Assembly: GCA_907165135.1 (NCBI GenBank)
Contig: OU015567.1
Coordinates: forward strand, 14,384,001 to 14,448,000
Reading direction: 5' to 3'
Source of the DNA: Oikopleura dioica
Lineage: Eukaryota; Animalia; Chordata
DNA length: 64,000 nucleotides
Shown here: positions 35,021-46,937 of the stretch, piece after piece
Position numbering within the stretch: position 1 is the first letter of the stretch
Layout: each line of letters opens with the position of its first letter
Notes under the pieces: generated by a model
What the model saw: the letters and a program-made list of their open reading frames with translations, nothing else
Database searches by the model: none
What the model was told of the DNA's origin: nothing
Position numbers and translations under genes: made by a program

Positions 35021-35414
35021 TCTAGAGCAAAATCAAATGAAAAATAATGAAGCAGTAGAAATTTGACATTTTGAAGCGATGGGCAGAATGTTCATTTTGG
35101 TGGGATTGGATTACGCGCTTTTGAAGGGTAAGAAAGGAAGGTGAAGAAGAATTCTGGGATAAAAAGCCGGCCGATTGAAGATTCTCTGATGTCGAAAAAC
35201 AGAGGAAATCATTTCTTTTAGTTTTCTTGGCAAACATTTACGAAATTCGTAAATGTACACGGGGCAAACAAATGACTGACCAGATAAAACTTTTGAGAGC
35301 AAATTTAACAGCTAAGTTCGAAATTCACTTTCTGTTACGTAATACAGTAGATGTGCCCATTTAGTTTCTAATTGATGAATACCTGCGCGTTGGTTAACAA
35401 GCTGGGTTAATGTT

Positions 35415-38105
35415 CTATCTTGCGAGTCGAGAAAGTTGAAAAAGTGTCAAGTTAAAAGTGGAATGATGGAAAGAGGCGGCTACGAGGCATCCTTTTGCAA
35501 TAAAAGCTTTATATTCGTTGCTATTTCCCGTGCACACTGAAAATAAACGAGCTGTTAAAATTTGGCTGCTATTTGCGTGACCTACCGAAAAGAGCTCGTT
35601 GTTTTCTCCACCGCCTGGCATGTTGTTGATGCTCTCGATCAGCCGTTCTCTGTTCTAAATTTGACTTTAGCAGAATTCTCATCTCTCGAAAGCTCTATTT
35701 GTTCGCTTTTATCGGGAAATAAATAGGGAGTAAAAACTTCATGATGAATGAGTGGAGAACTCGTTAAAATAAAAGATCAACCAAATTTGGAGATTGAACA
35801 GCCCTCGAATTTATGCGAAATCTCAAAACTTTACGAAAAAAATACGATGAGAATTTTTTTTTGCGAAATTCTGTATCAATCCGTTGTTGTCAAAACTTAC
35901 ATTGGATAGAACAGTGACTGCGTTGGAACCATCGCCTTCGTATAAATCAATCAGGTCGGAAATACAACGCACGATTTCATCCCCGCAGCCGCGAAACAGT
36001 TCGGTTTGGCCATTTTTCACCGCCGTGAGAAGCTTCTTCAGTGAGCTGGAGACTCCTTGGCAGAGAACCTCGACTTTTGAACGGGATCTACTTCGAGAAG
36101 TGGCTTGAACTGGAGGAAGGTCGGAGTTGGAAGCGGGGGAAGGAATCTTCTTGCCTCGATAGCGACTAGAAGTGATGTTTTATCGATCCAGAGATTCTGG
36201 CCTTACTTGAGCTCTTTTGCCTGAGCCGTAATTCGATCCCTGAAAATCGAATTCTGGTCGTTGAGCGAGTTTATCTTTCTCCTCGCAACTTCCAGCTCCT
36301 TCTTGAGCTCGATTACTTCATCGCTCTTCTCTGAGGTGATTTCTTGAATCTCATTGTCGACATCTGACACTTCTTCTTGTGAGCTCGTTGAAGCCACTAT
36401 AAAATTGAAAAAGGGGGAATTCTCGGGAGAGATGAAAGAGAAAGGGGGAAATAAATTAAAGGTCGGCTGAAAGGTTTTTTTGCTGAAAATGAGCTAATTG
36501 AGTCCAAAATTGATCCGTTGCCGGTCCCTGAAGAGACATATGCCTAATGATTCATCATCAAAAACTGGGGCCGTCGTTAAAAATTTATTTTGGCGTTGGA
36601 AATTAAATTGATCAAAATAATACAAAATTACCATCATCATAAATCGGATCCTCGGAATCGTAACCATCGATCATTTTTCCTTCCGACGTTGGCTCGTGAC
36701 TCTCGACGAAATCGTCATAATCAACGCGTTTGCGAAATTCGTCGATGACATCAACAAGGAGTTGGAAAAAATCTTGCTGTTCCATTTTAGCGATCTTTTG
36801 TCTTCCTTGATTTCGGCTCTGGCTATACTCTGGGTGAATCGGCAGAAATGACTGGTGATGTCTCTTATTTCCAGAGTTTGCTTCCCAAACGGTCTCGATC
36901 TCTCTCCTGTCGACCTCGTCGAATAAATCCGCGCATAGTTCGGTAAAAACTTCATCTGGCAAGTTGGATAGGCGCTCCCGTCCATGGGCAACATGCTCGA
37001 CGCACGAAAGATTGACAAAGTGATTGCCGATGCGATGATTCGGTCTCTAAAAACGCCAGTTTTCAACAACAGCTTCAGCTGCTTCACTCACCTTGCGAGC
37101 GACAAAAAACGTTAGTCGATCTGGCAGCTCGTGTCGAATCTCAACCAACCGTTCGTAAATCAAGTCGTTGCCTGTTCTTTGGGCGACCTCGCGGGCCATG
37201 TCTTCGGCTGTTTGGCCTTTATTGTTGGGCATGGCGGGGTTGGCGCCGTAAATGCACAGGAGTTCCACTTGGAGGAGCTGCTCGTTTTGGACCGCTATGT
37301 GCAGCGCCGTGTCCCCGTCTTTCTCTCCGTGTTGCCAGTCAACTCTGGCTCCTAAAAACCTGTTTTAGAAAGAGACTTCTCTCGAGAAATGTAAAAAAAG
37401 GAACCTAGAAATAGATCTGTCAAAATAAAAATTCTTTTTTTTTTCATTTTTCATATTTAATGATTGAGCGACTGCCAGTCATGATGTCTAAATTTAGGAA
37501 AAAACGCATACCATGGGCTAAAAATCGAAGTGTAGGACCAAGTTGATTCGTCCGCACGACAGAGAAGAGCTGTTTCGACAGCTCGAACCTATCCTCGTAA
37601 GGCTCTTCATCCTTGTAAAGAAATGCTGTTTTAGAGATAGTCAGAGAATTGTAGCTTTTCGGCAATAAATAGGAGGTCTCTCGTATCTTTCCTTGATGGA
37701 CATATTTTTCGTTGATGAATTTCTCTCTCCTTTCGGATGAATCTCCAGGGCGCAGTTTAATTTTCGCCTCTTTGTTTGGATCGAGCAAAAGAGTTTCCCA
37801 AACTCGATTTCCTCCTGATTCGTGTAATTTTTGAAGCATTTCAAACTGCGAAGCCGGCCAGTCGGAGTGAACTTTGTGTTTCAGCTGGCTAAAATTACGG
37901 ATGAATAAACGACCTTGATCCTTTTTTCATTTGATGACAATTTATCGAATTTTTATAGGAATAACCTGACATGGCGTCCGAGTTGTTTATGAATATTGGC
38001 ACAATCGTCGCACAAAAACACTGCTCTGTTCAATGAAGCCCATCTTGTTACAGGATTGCTACAGTCGCCACAGGAGAATCCCTCGCTCGGAACCTCCATG
38101 GACAT
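35415..38105 (-). CDS. GIT: GIT1/2-like ARF GTPase-activating protein
   Basis: CGDC..WASLNRAVFLCDDCANIHKQLGRHV (ArfGAP zinc finger); ankyrin DTALHIA..VELLCIYGANP; Spa2-homology VFTELCADLFDEVDRRE..RNQGRQKIA; FAT-like C-terminus. 3' end approximate. Confidence 0.9.
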
Positions 38106-38709
38106 TCTAAAATCAAGCTCGTTGAGATTCTTGAAGCGAAATCATTACTGTAAGCAGGAGTAATTGTTCTATTGATGGTGGTTAAACGGGCCTTTTCGCA
38201 TTTTCCGCGCGTGCGCCCCTTGATTGTCATGAAACGATGGTACGTTTGAGGGCCAAATGTCGTTCTGACATTTTGAAGTTGAAATTTTCTGTTTTCGAGG
38301 ATTCACAAACACTGGCAATAAAAATGTTTCAATGAGAATTCTTGTGAACTTTGAAGATTATTTTTACTTGAAAATTCAAATCCTCGCCTGAGTCCTCTGA
38401 ACAGGAATACCAAGGGGCGTTTCTTCAGCTATCTTTTCTGATCCCATCTGCACGTACAATCGCCACCAGGGATAGCCCTTGGTGGGCAGTGCCTTCGCCA
38501 GGCCTGGTCTCGTTCGACAATTATATCTGTTCATTATCTCTGAAACGCATTGATTAGTTGATGATTCCCAATTGATGCGACGCTTTAAATATTCTCTTAC
38601 GCCTCTTCGTTGATTTTTATCATGTTTTATAAATAAATTTGCTGCTAAAGAATCTTCAAAGTCGTTAAAAGTAAAACCCACCAAGTTCTGTAAAATTAAT
38701 GACACCTTG

Positions 38710-39810
38710 TTAAAAAAGCCCACTAATCAAGTAGGAGTTTACTCGATGGCTAGTGTCTCGAGTGCCACGTATGGCGCGCTGGGGTGCCACGTAACAATCG
38801 GATAAAAGAATCGGATTCCGAAGGTAGATACCTGGACTAAGTGGAGCTCCTTGCCAATCTCTAGGATTCTCTGCCTCATCGACAAGCTGGATTCGCCAAC
38901 GAGCGCGATTTTCGAAATACGAAAATTTGCTTGAATAAAAATTTAATTAACTAGCGACTCATACTAATCTTCTTTTTCATTTTATAGCCTAAATAGCTAC
39001 TACCTGTAGGGTAATAAACCGTCGTTTTGAGCGATCTTGACAGCATCTTTGACGACCTCATACTGACTAATCAAAAGTATTATTAATTTTCAATAGCAGC
39101 AGCCTGGATTTTACAGCTTGAAACACTCATTTGGAGCTTGACGTTTACTCTTTTAAAGCCACGTCTACTTACAATTATTGTATTGCTTGTTTTTACGAGC
39201 AATAAATGTTTGTAGGAAATTCTAAAATTGGCAGAACTTACCGATCACAAAGGCCGGTTTGTTCCTGCGTTAACAAAGTTCCATCTTCTTTTATAAACTG
39301 AGCGAGAATAAGGACATCTTTGGGCGTGACGGAAATATTTCTTGATTCAAGTGGACAAGGCCGATGCGATTTTTCGAATTCAGAAAGAAACTCTTGCTCT
39401 TTTTTCTCTTCTTCGGGCAGAATTCCTTCTATGACGATGTTCTTTGGAGCTTGAGCGAAATCACTAGACTTCAAATGAGCTGGCGATGCCTTTGAATTTT
39501 TACCTGACGGTTTGATCTTTGTTCTTTGCCTTCAAAGCTGTTATCTCTGTCGGCCTCGGCCATCTATGTTTAGTACGGAAGGTAGTTACTCGTCCGGACT
39601 CTCGGTTAGCACCTAGCTGCCAGTCCGCTTTTGGCCCATCTGGAGCCTTTCCGAAGGGCTTGGGCCAGTTCGAAAGCACTTGAGCTCCCTTTTCGTCCGT
39701 GATTCGCACCTGACAAAAACTCAATCAAACGAAGAAGGAAAGACAATTTCTACCTTGACGTTTCTCCTGGCCAATGGCAAAAGTCCGAAGTTATTAGCCC
39801 GATTTAACAT
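38710..39810 (-). CDS. MRPS18A: Mitochondrial ribosomal protein S18A/mL66-like
   Basis: IVIEG..RPCPL..KDVLILAQFIKEDGTLL..TGLCDR, then VKDAVKIAQNDGLLP. 3' end uncertain. Confidence 0.75.
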
Positions 39811-39844
39811 ATTGTCTAAAAAATAACATGCTTTAGGAATCGTC

Positions 39845-41024
39845 TTATTGATAAATATCATATTTAAAATGGTCCATAACAGGCATTGAAGTTCGAACTT
39901 TGTTGATTTTCTCTAAATCGAGCTCGCAGTACCCAACTCCAATATTCTCCTCCATGTCTTCGATTTGGTTTATTTCAATTACAGAATTAATCTCCGCGGT
40001 CATAATTGATTGAGTAATATTTATGAATGAAACCGTGACTAGAATGACTTCTCCCCAAGGATCAACGACGAGCGAATGACCAAAAGATGATCTCTTTTCA
40101 TTGTGCTTCCCACATTGTGCTGCAGCTACCACAAAACACTGGGTTTCTATTGCTCTAGCGCGCAAAAGCGTATGCCAGTGCGCTTTTCCAGTCGGAACAG
40201 TAAAAGCGCTAGAATTCGTTAAATCTCTTTTGAAAATTGCAAAATTTCCAGAAATTACCTCGGAAAGGTAAGAACATTTGCACCACGTCTGCGATATTCG
40301 TGCGACAGGTGAGGAAACCGCAAGTCGTAGCAAATACTTAGAGCCAGATTACCAACAGGCGAAGGGATAATTTCAGATAGCTTTTCACCAGCCAGAGTCC
40401 AGTTCGATTCCTTGAGTCCAACCACGGGTGCGTCGAAAAGATGGATCTTTCGATATTTCTGAATTTCAGCGTTTTCAAAGAATCCTTCAAAATACGAGAG
40501 AGCTTTTCCAGGAGTAAATACCTCTTTTATAACGCCATTATCATCAATAAGAATATGCGCGTTGCCGATTCTCTCGCGTTCTTCAGAATCACTCTTTCTA
40601 TCGATTTTTTCATGCGCTCCACCCAGAGAAAGCCATACTTTATTTTCAGATGCAAGGCCACAAAGTTTCACCATCAGGTCGCCCTTCTCAACGCATTCTG
40701 CCTGAGCAAAAGTCTCCGAAATAGAGGACCCTTGATTTCAATGATCATTTTTTCTAGCAGAAAATAACGGAAAATTACCAATGTAATCATAAGCTTCTGG
40801 TAAAAACACCATGCGCGCTCCATTCTCCGCCGCCTCTTTTATCCACTTTGAATATTTGAGAAAATTAGCGGCTCTCTAGCACGGATGAACTTTTCTTTTC
40901 ACTTTCATTATTTATAAATTCTTCTTTTTTGAAAAATAATTCGCTCGATACGAGGAGTTTTCAAACAAACTTTATCCGATGTCGAGCACATCTGAACGAG
41001 TGCTATTTTTACCATTCGATTCAT
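39845..41024 (-). CDS. NIT1: Nitrilase-family deaminated glutathione amidase
   Basis: IALVQMCST; MVFLPEAYDY; YRKIHLFD; SICYDLRFP; AFTVPTGKAHWHTLLRARAIETQCFVVAAAQ (Glu-Lys-Cys triad present). Confidence 0.93.
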
Positions 41025-41107
41025 AGATTTGTCAATCTAAAGAAATTGAATGTATTCAGTTGTGTTTATAAAGAAAATTTATTTGTCCAGAAGAAAGAGG
41101 AAAGCGC

Positions 41108-41840
41108 TCAAGAAGCCCAAGCTTGTAAGTCGCCTAGCTCTTCGTCTTCTTTTGATTTTACGGCACGTTTTGGCTCATTTTTCGGAGCATCGGGAAGTTT
41201 CATTTGCTGCAGTTCTTTCGCTGGTGCTGCGAGCATCTTTTCGTTTAGCTCTTCTTGCTCGAGCAACTCAAGTTCTTCCATCAGCTCGGCATCATCGGGC
41301 TATAAATTTATTTGATCTAAGAATCTAATTGTTTCCTCACCATATCTTTCCACCCCATCGGTCGAGAGATCGCTTCTGAAATCTCGTTTGCCACGTAATT
41401 AGCTTCCTCAAGTTCATCAAGCATATCATGAACATCATCCGCTGACTTGTTTCCCGATGCCTGTTGCATCGCTTTCGCCGCATATGCCATGTTTGTCAGA
41501 ATAGTCGTATTCGACGTTGCGTTTTCAAGAGCCTCTCTCTGGAATTCGATCGTTGTTAGCGTGTTATCTATTAGAAAATATAAATCTTAGGTCAGAAAAC
41601 TGGTAAGAAGTTACCAATTTGCTCCTGTTGCTTTTCAAGACGCTTTTTCTTCTTAAGCGCTTGCAAGGCTTGTCGCTTGTTCTTCGTTCCATGCTTTTTC
41701 GCAGTCGCTAGTTGTGATTGAATTTGTGATTCAATGAATTCCGACTTTTTAGACAACATGTCTTCAGTTTCGCGCAGTTTTTTCATCGCTTCTTCTGGAG
41801 ATGGCGCGCTCTTCTTCGCTTTGAAGGGATTCAAAGACAT
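41108..41840 (-). CDS. CHMP4: CHMP4/Snf7 ESCRT-III subunit, tandem copy 3
   Basis: PSPEEAMKKLRETEDMLSKKSEF..KHGTKNKRQALQALKKKKRLEKQ; TTIEFQREALENA; acidic tail ending DLQAWAS*. Confidence 0.92.
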
Positions 41841-42177
41841 CGTTGGGGAATCTTTGAAGCTTCTTCTTTGAATTTTCTCTCTTCAGAACTTTCTGCGATC
41901 TTCCTACAGAGAACAGGTACCCAAGCATCCGCAAATAGCAGAGTTCTATTAAACTTTCGACTATTTGCCGGAACATGGTCAGTACACTTCATTGCCACCC
42001 AATTTATTTCTGAATAGAGAATGAATTGAAGGAGAGAAAATATCAGCTTCAATTTCAGTTGAAAATATGGAAGAGATGTAAGTCGAAAGAACCCTTTTAT
42101 TAGCATTATAATAGCTGAATCAGTGTAAGGAGAAATCAATCATTTTGCAAAGAATAGATTGTAAACAGAGAATATTT

Positions 42178-42937
42178 TCATTCAGCAATCGCCTGTTCCT
42201 GCCACTTCTTCAGGGCTGCCAAATCTTTCGCAGTTGTTCTCGGGTCAATAACAGGTGCATCGGGAAGAGTCAAGCCATTATTGGGGATATCAAGCATCTT
42301 TTCATCCAATTCTTCTTGCTCTAAATCCTCCAGCTCTGCAAGCAACTCGTCCTCATCGCACTGAAAATCGATAGTATGCTTTTTCGATACAAACAAAGAA
42401 TTTATCAAAGTATGTGCACTTAGTGCCACTAACCATGTATGCAGCAGATCCTAAAGGTCGGGAAATTGCGTCAGAGATTTCATTCGCTAAATCGTTTGCG
42501 TCTTCGAGTTCGTCAAGGATCTCGTGAACATCATCAGCTGTTTTGTTTCCATGAGCCCTTTTCAAGGCTTCAGCAGCAGTTTTCATATTATTGAGAATTT
42601 GCGCATTCGTGGCAGCATTAGCAAGAGCTTCAATTTGGAACTCAATGGTCGTCAACGTGCCATCTGCAATTTAGTACCATTACATTCAAAGGAAGTAAAG
42701 AGTACATACCGATCTTGTCTTGCTGTGCTTCTAAGAGTCTTTTCTTCTTGAGCGCCTTCAAAGCCAGTTTTTTATTTTTCATTCCATGCTTTTTGGCAAG
42801 TGCCAGTTGGTCTTGTATCTGTGATTCGATAAATTCGGACTTCTTTGTCAACATATCTTCCGTCTCTCGCAGTTTGTTCATTGCCTCTTCGGGCGTTGTT
42901 TCTTTTTCCTTGGAACCGAAGAAGTCGAAAAAGGCAT
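42178..42937 (-). CDS. CHMP4: CHMP4/Snf7 tandem copy 2; start ATG is out of frame in this sequence
   Basis: TTPEEAMNKLRETEDML..; TTIEFQIEALANA; DEDELLAELEDLEQEELD; atgcc-ttttt-cgac has 5 T where 6 would give MPFFDFFGSK. Confidence 0.8.
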
Positions 42938-43539
42938 CGTGTAAGCACGCTCTCAACTTGTTCGATTTCTGACTGAAATGTTGAACGACTCTTTCAAGAC
43001 TTGGTGCTCATCACAAGACCAACAGTTCTGTTTGTACACATCTTTATCAAAAGCAGTCAGATTCTGTCAACATCCATGTTTTGGTTACTGAAACTGCCCA
43101 CATTTGTAGGAATCCACCATCAACTCCGATGCTCCAAATCTTCCTACAGTAAGCTTCTAGCGTTCCCTCACCAAACAGAAATCAACAGCAAATTCTCGCT
43201 GTTTACCAAGAAGATATCAAAGTTCGCCATCGTATTTCTCTTCTCTGAAAAGAAGCAATTCAAAAGAGAGAGACTTCAAAAAACGAACATGCTGGAACAT
43301 AAGTTAGGAATTTAGTAAGTGAACGAAATCTGTGATGAATTAGCTGTAGGCTGATTTTAGTTGTAAACTGGTATTTATATAATAGTAGCGAATCCTGCTG
43401 AATTCAGTGCTGATTTGGAAGGGAGATTTGTTTTGGTAGAACAGGGCGGATGAAGATTTTTATTTTTGGTCGTTTTCCGTGAAAGAATATTGTGTGGAAA
43501 GGCGCGAAATGTAGAAAGATTAAACAGACATGTAGTTTA

Positions 43540-44423
43540 TCAGTTGGCCATCCACTGCTCCAAATCGGCGAGATCGTCGTCGACTTCTTTCGCCGGCGCG
43601 GCAGGGGCTTTCGTCGGAGCTGCGGGAAGATTGAGCGTCGGCTCCTGCGAGGTCGAAGGAATGTTCAGCATTTCAGAGTCCAGTTCTTCTTGTTCGAGCT
43701 CTTCAAGTTCTGCCAAAAGGTCGTCGTCGTCCAATTCCTAAAAATCGCTCGTTTGAAATCGAGAAAATCGATGAAGAATCGTGACTTACGCTGTTGAATC
43801 CCATAGGCCTGGAAATAGCATCAGAAATCTCCTGGGCGACGTCGCTCGCTTCTTGAATCTCGTCCATCATGTCGTCGACCTTGTCCACGCTCATTCCATT
43901 CGCAGCGTTCTTCATTGCTTTCGCCGCGACGTTCATGTTTTCGAGGATGTTGGCGTTGGACTGGGCGTTTTCAAGCGCTTCTCGCTGGAACTCGATTGTT
44001 GTCAATGTGTTGTCTGAACATTTCCAGTTTAATCATTAAGAAACGCAGCTCGATTCGCTACCAATTTGTTCTTGCTGTTTTTCAAGTCGTTTCTTGCGCT
44101 TGAGAGCATTGAGAGCTTGTCGTTTGTTTTTCGTCCCGTGCTTCTTTGCACTGGCGAGTTCGGCTGCGATTTTCGTCTCCAGGAATTCGGATTTCTTGTT
44201 GAGCATTTCTTCCGTTTCTCGCAGCTTTTGGATCGCTTCTTCGGGACTTTTCTTGGCTTCAAAATGGCTTTTTAAAAGCAAAGGCGTAAAAGGAAATTTA
44301 AGATGAATCTTTTTATTTAAGATCTAACAGGGCCTGACCTGTTATTTTTTAGTTTAGTTAGTTTTTCTACGCAGGTTGTTGAACACAATTTTAGTCCCTT
44401 TGTGTGAATAATTTTGAAGCCAT
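43540..44423 (-). CDS. CHMP4: CHMP4/Snf7 tandem copy 1
   Basis: SPEEAIQKLRETEEMLNKKSEFLE; TTIEFQREALENA; DDDDLLAELEELEQEELD; DLADLEQWMAN*. Putative first micro-exon MASKLFTQ at 44423 needs a non-GT donor, so the start is uncertain. Confidence 0.9.
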
Positions 44424-44879
44424 AAGTTGGCGCCTTGCCCTTCTTTCCACCGCCGAAGAACTTCGCGAAGGAACTCATTTTGTCTCTGTTACTGCGTCTG
44501 TGTTACTGGAAATGAACGCAACGAATTCGGAGGAGTCTTTTTTTATTTTGGCCTGGTCTGAATCGCGGGAAGCGCGCACTAGCCCAGGCGCGTTTCGAGG
44601 GAGGCTCTCATTGGCAGAAACGTCAAAATTGACTATTCATTTTGTAAAGAGAAAATTCGCGGATTATCCAGTCATTCTGACTAATTCGATTATGTTGTGT
44701 AAATTTGAGAAAAAGTCCCGTAAATTTTGAAGAGAAAAATAACCATTTTTCGTCCCAAAAAATCGTAATTTATTATTCTAAAAATTGAGCTCGTAAATCG
44801 TTTTCCTTCGATGGAAATCTTTGTTTCCCACTTTTAGAAAATTAATTATCCTTTATCTTTTCAGATTGAGAGAGCGAAA

Positions 44880-45340
44880 ATGGCCACCCCAGAAGGATTC
44901 GTAAAGGTGCAAGAAAAGATGCAAGCTCTTCAAGAAAAGGTCGAGTCCGGATTGAGACCAGCCCTGGCCAAGCAGTTCCGCGCGATGGCCGATTGCATGG
45001 ACCGAGGCGGATCTACCCAGCAGATTGAAAGCTGCGTCCAAGGCGCGCAGCAGCAAGTTGTCGGACTCCAGAAGCAAATGGATGAAGTCGTTCAGTCTTT
45101 TGGAATGGCTATCCAAACAGGTGAGCCATCGAATCTACTCATCCCCTATTTACCTGTCCCTCCTTAGGCATGCAAAACTGCCAGGCGAAGGCACAGCAAG
45201 CAATGGCTTCCGGAACCGCGGAATCTGCCGCCCAGGCTGACTACATGAAATGCGCCAACGAAGTAGCCCTCTCCCAGCTCTCCACCTTCCCAACTATCGA
45301 GGAGAAAGTCAACTACATCCTCCGCGGCGTTCCCCAATAA
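44880..45340 (+). CDS. FAM136A-like twin-Cys helical protein, 2 exons
   Basis: VQEKMQAL..QFRAMADC..QIESCVQ..; exon 2 MQNCQAKAQQ..YMKCANE..; Cys spacing resembles FAM136A/DUF842. Confidence 0.7.
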
Positions 45341-45745
45341 GCCTCGAAACTCGAGAACAGTTATTAAGTTATTGATAAGATTCTACTCCTGATTTCATTG
45401 CCGACCTGCAAATAAAGTGCTTTGGTTGTTTATGCCTAAAATTACACATTGAATAGGAAGCAAGTTCGTCGTTTACTGTGGAAATGGTGAGCGTTTGAAC
45501 AATCGTTTTAAAGTTATCTGTTTCAAGAAAAGCTGAGTTTTGATGGGTGGATAGATTGACGGCATTTTACCACTCTAGTCTCGAATCGATTCGGTTGGTT
45601 CATGATCTGAAAGTGATTTTTTAATGTTTTTTTCTTTCTTTTTTGCGATTATACAGCGTGTATATAGTCTTAACTTTTTTATAGATTACAAACCATCAAG
45701 CGCTTCTGAAGATCTCTGTAGTATTTTCCTTCCATGTGTGCCTTC

Positions 45746-46018
45746 CTAAGTTACAGTTATTGACTTCCGACAAAACGGCGCCATGAACCTTAGCCAAATG
45801 ATAGAAGCCATGCCAGCTAGGGAGCCGATTCCGATGATGATATAACAGTAGTAAAGCCAGTTTTTTATGCCCACTTTCTCCTCAAGATGTAGTGCAAAAT
45901 AACCGATTCCTATCAAGGAAAGGCTCATTAGAAAACAACAAAGGGCAGGTCGGATAAAAGGCTGAAAATGAGATCCACACCAGAACTCAGTTTGATGGTT
46001 AGGATTTGTTGATCTCAT
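45746..46018 (-). CDS. Small 2-TM membrane protein (5' end unresolved)
   Basis: ORF with two hydrophobic stretches, ALCCFLMSLSLIGIGYFAL and YCYIIIGIGSLAGMASIIWL. Confidence 0.4.
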   Translation of the reverse strand: MRSTNPNHQTEFWCGSHFQPFIRPALCCFLMSLSLIGIGYFALHLEEKVGIKNWLYYCYIIIGIGSLAGMASIIWLRFMAPFCRKSITVT

Positions 46019-46937
46019 GTCTCAATCAGATACTCCCCAAGACGGAAGTTAGCAGGACTCGATCTTGTGCTCGATAATTTCAGACTCCATCCGACCTTTC
46101 TTGATTGACACTGATCGTTTCCGAAACAGTAGAGATCAGTCAAGTTCGGAGCGATCTTTCGCTATTGTTGAAAGATTCGTGTGAACAAAGATTAGCAACT
46201 CATAACTCGGAATTACAGAGCATCTCCTGTGCACAGGTCCATTTTCCTCGCTTGATTCTTCGACCAGAAAGCTTTCGACATTTAGTCCGGTATAACTTTT
46301 CTGGTGATCAGTTTTTCCTTAAAAATTATTTTATACGAGGCTGGCTACGACTTCATCTCTCGACGAGAGACTCTCGTAGATTCTAGGACCTTTGATTAAA
46401 ATTTAAATGCGTGAATCTAGTTGAATCCGCCTTTATCATCGAAAATGTATTTTTGATCAATTCCTTCTTCCGCAGTAATTTTTCTCTAAATTACTTGCAC
46501 TCATGAGTTCTCTAAATGCAACGGTGCGAATTCTTAAATCTCAGCCTAAGTGGCCATTTGTAGTAACTGACGAGGTGCTGATCTCCCCGAAGGGTCAGTC
46601 TTTCGTCCCCTTCCCTTTCCATCGTCGCACGTAATTGAAGACACTGTCTGTAGACATTTTGTGTTAAAACATTTTAACACTTCTTGCTCAATATTAATTA
46701 TGGATTGATCGTTGAAAGAACTTTATAAAACGGGGAGACAGATTTATTTCCATTTTCAAAAAATGGACCAAATTGGAACTTTTGAATTTGCTCTTCCGTG
46801 GAAACTGATGTTATTGCCAAGATGACCTACAGATCGGAACAGTGTTACATTTAGATATTCAATGTAAATACCAAATTTTTCCCCATAAAATTCGCTTTGC
46901 ACTCCGTTCTTGCTCATTCATTCCAAAGAGAATTGAG

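Noticed and set aside
42975-43315. Plus-strand ORF / small spliced gene between CHMP4 copies
   Set aside because: No consistent ATG-initiated frame across the putative intron; unsupported.
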